Origin: Camelus dromedarius
Taxonomy: Eukaryota
Length of the DNA stretch: 64,000 nt
Reading direction: 5' to 3'
Assembly (NCBI RefSeq): GCF_036321535.1
Contig: NC_087437.1
Location: 104,162,001-104,226,000, forward strand
Positions 63,573-64,000 of this stretch are shown in pieces. The notes beneath the pieces were generated by a model. That model had not been told where the DNA came from. It searched no databases and saw only the letters and a program-made list of their open reading frames with translations. A program made the position numbers and the translations under genes. Each line of letters starts with the position of its first letter. The first letter of the stretch is position 1.

Positions 63573-64000
63573 CTCCCCTGTGAATTTTCATATGGTGTAT
63601 AGATATTCCTGATGTTTGGAAAATATTCTGCTACAAAGTCCTAGATTTACTACAATGTACATAGAAAATTTAGGTGATTTTTAAAAATAGCTCTTAACTT
63701 GGCTTTGTTATTAATGTGTTGTTTTATCATAATATTTTCATTATATTCATTTGTAGTATGCTGTGTGTATATATGTGTGTACATATGTACTCAATGTTCT
63801 GAACTCATTATCATAGCCAAGAATATGGCTCTGGTTGTGTTTTTGCATGAAAAGCTTTTGTATTTAAAAAATATACTTTCCTCAGCATTCAATTTTCTGT
63901 AAAAATAAATGATTCTTCCTAATTTGTATTTACTATTATTATATTTCTAGTACATGCATTTTTGTCTATTTCCCTATCATTCTTGGGACTTTAAAATGTA

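Noticed and set aside
867..63902. The six-frame ORFs as host protein-coding genes
   Set aside because: All are 60-149 aa, many start at non-ATG codons, are compositionally biased or overlap repeats, and show no recognisable domain; the only real protein similarity is to L1 ORF2
1..64000. Inferring host transcription direction from repeat orientation
   Set aside because: Most L1 bases are antisense to the plus strand but many LTRs are plus-strand, so the signal is contradictory
1..64000. CRISPR array, prokaryotic operon or NUMT
   Set aside because: No regular repeat-spacer array, no dense coding region, no mitochondrial-like sequence seen

Overview
AT-rich, CpG-poor mammalian genomic DNA with no recognisable protein-coding exon, RNA gene or CpG island; it looks like a gene desert or a very long intron. 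Two tRNA-Ala-derived Vic-1-type SINEs and a young camelid-type L1 3' end point to a camelid (alpaca/llama/camel) genome. Roughly half the window is recognisable interspersed repeat: L1 fragments of many ages (one twin-primed 5'-inverted copy, one three-level nest), L2/MIR, MaLR/ERVL/ERV1 solo LTRs (including a MER41-like LTR with its TSD), a decayed ERVL internal region carrying gag-pro twice in tandem, and hAT/Tigger DNA transposon fossils. The listed ORFs are chance ORFs or repeat-derived. The most notable non-repeat signals are a pre-miRNA-like hairpin (48435-48490), a 15-nt microexon-like motif, a short intron followed by a terminal exon-like segment, AG|GT recursive-splice-like motifs, a strong CTCF motif, two chains of overlapping palindromes and an enhancer-like repeat-free block. 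Family names come from my recollection of consensus sequences, not from a database search. I cannot support a wholly new biological system from the sequence alone.
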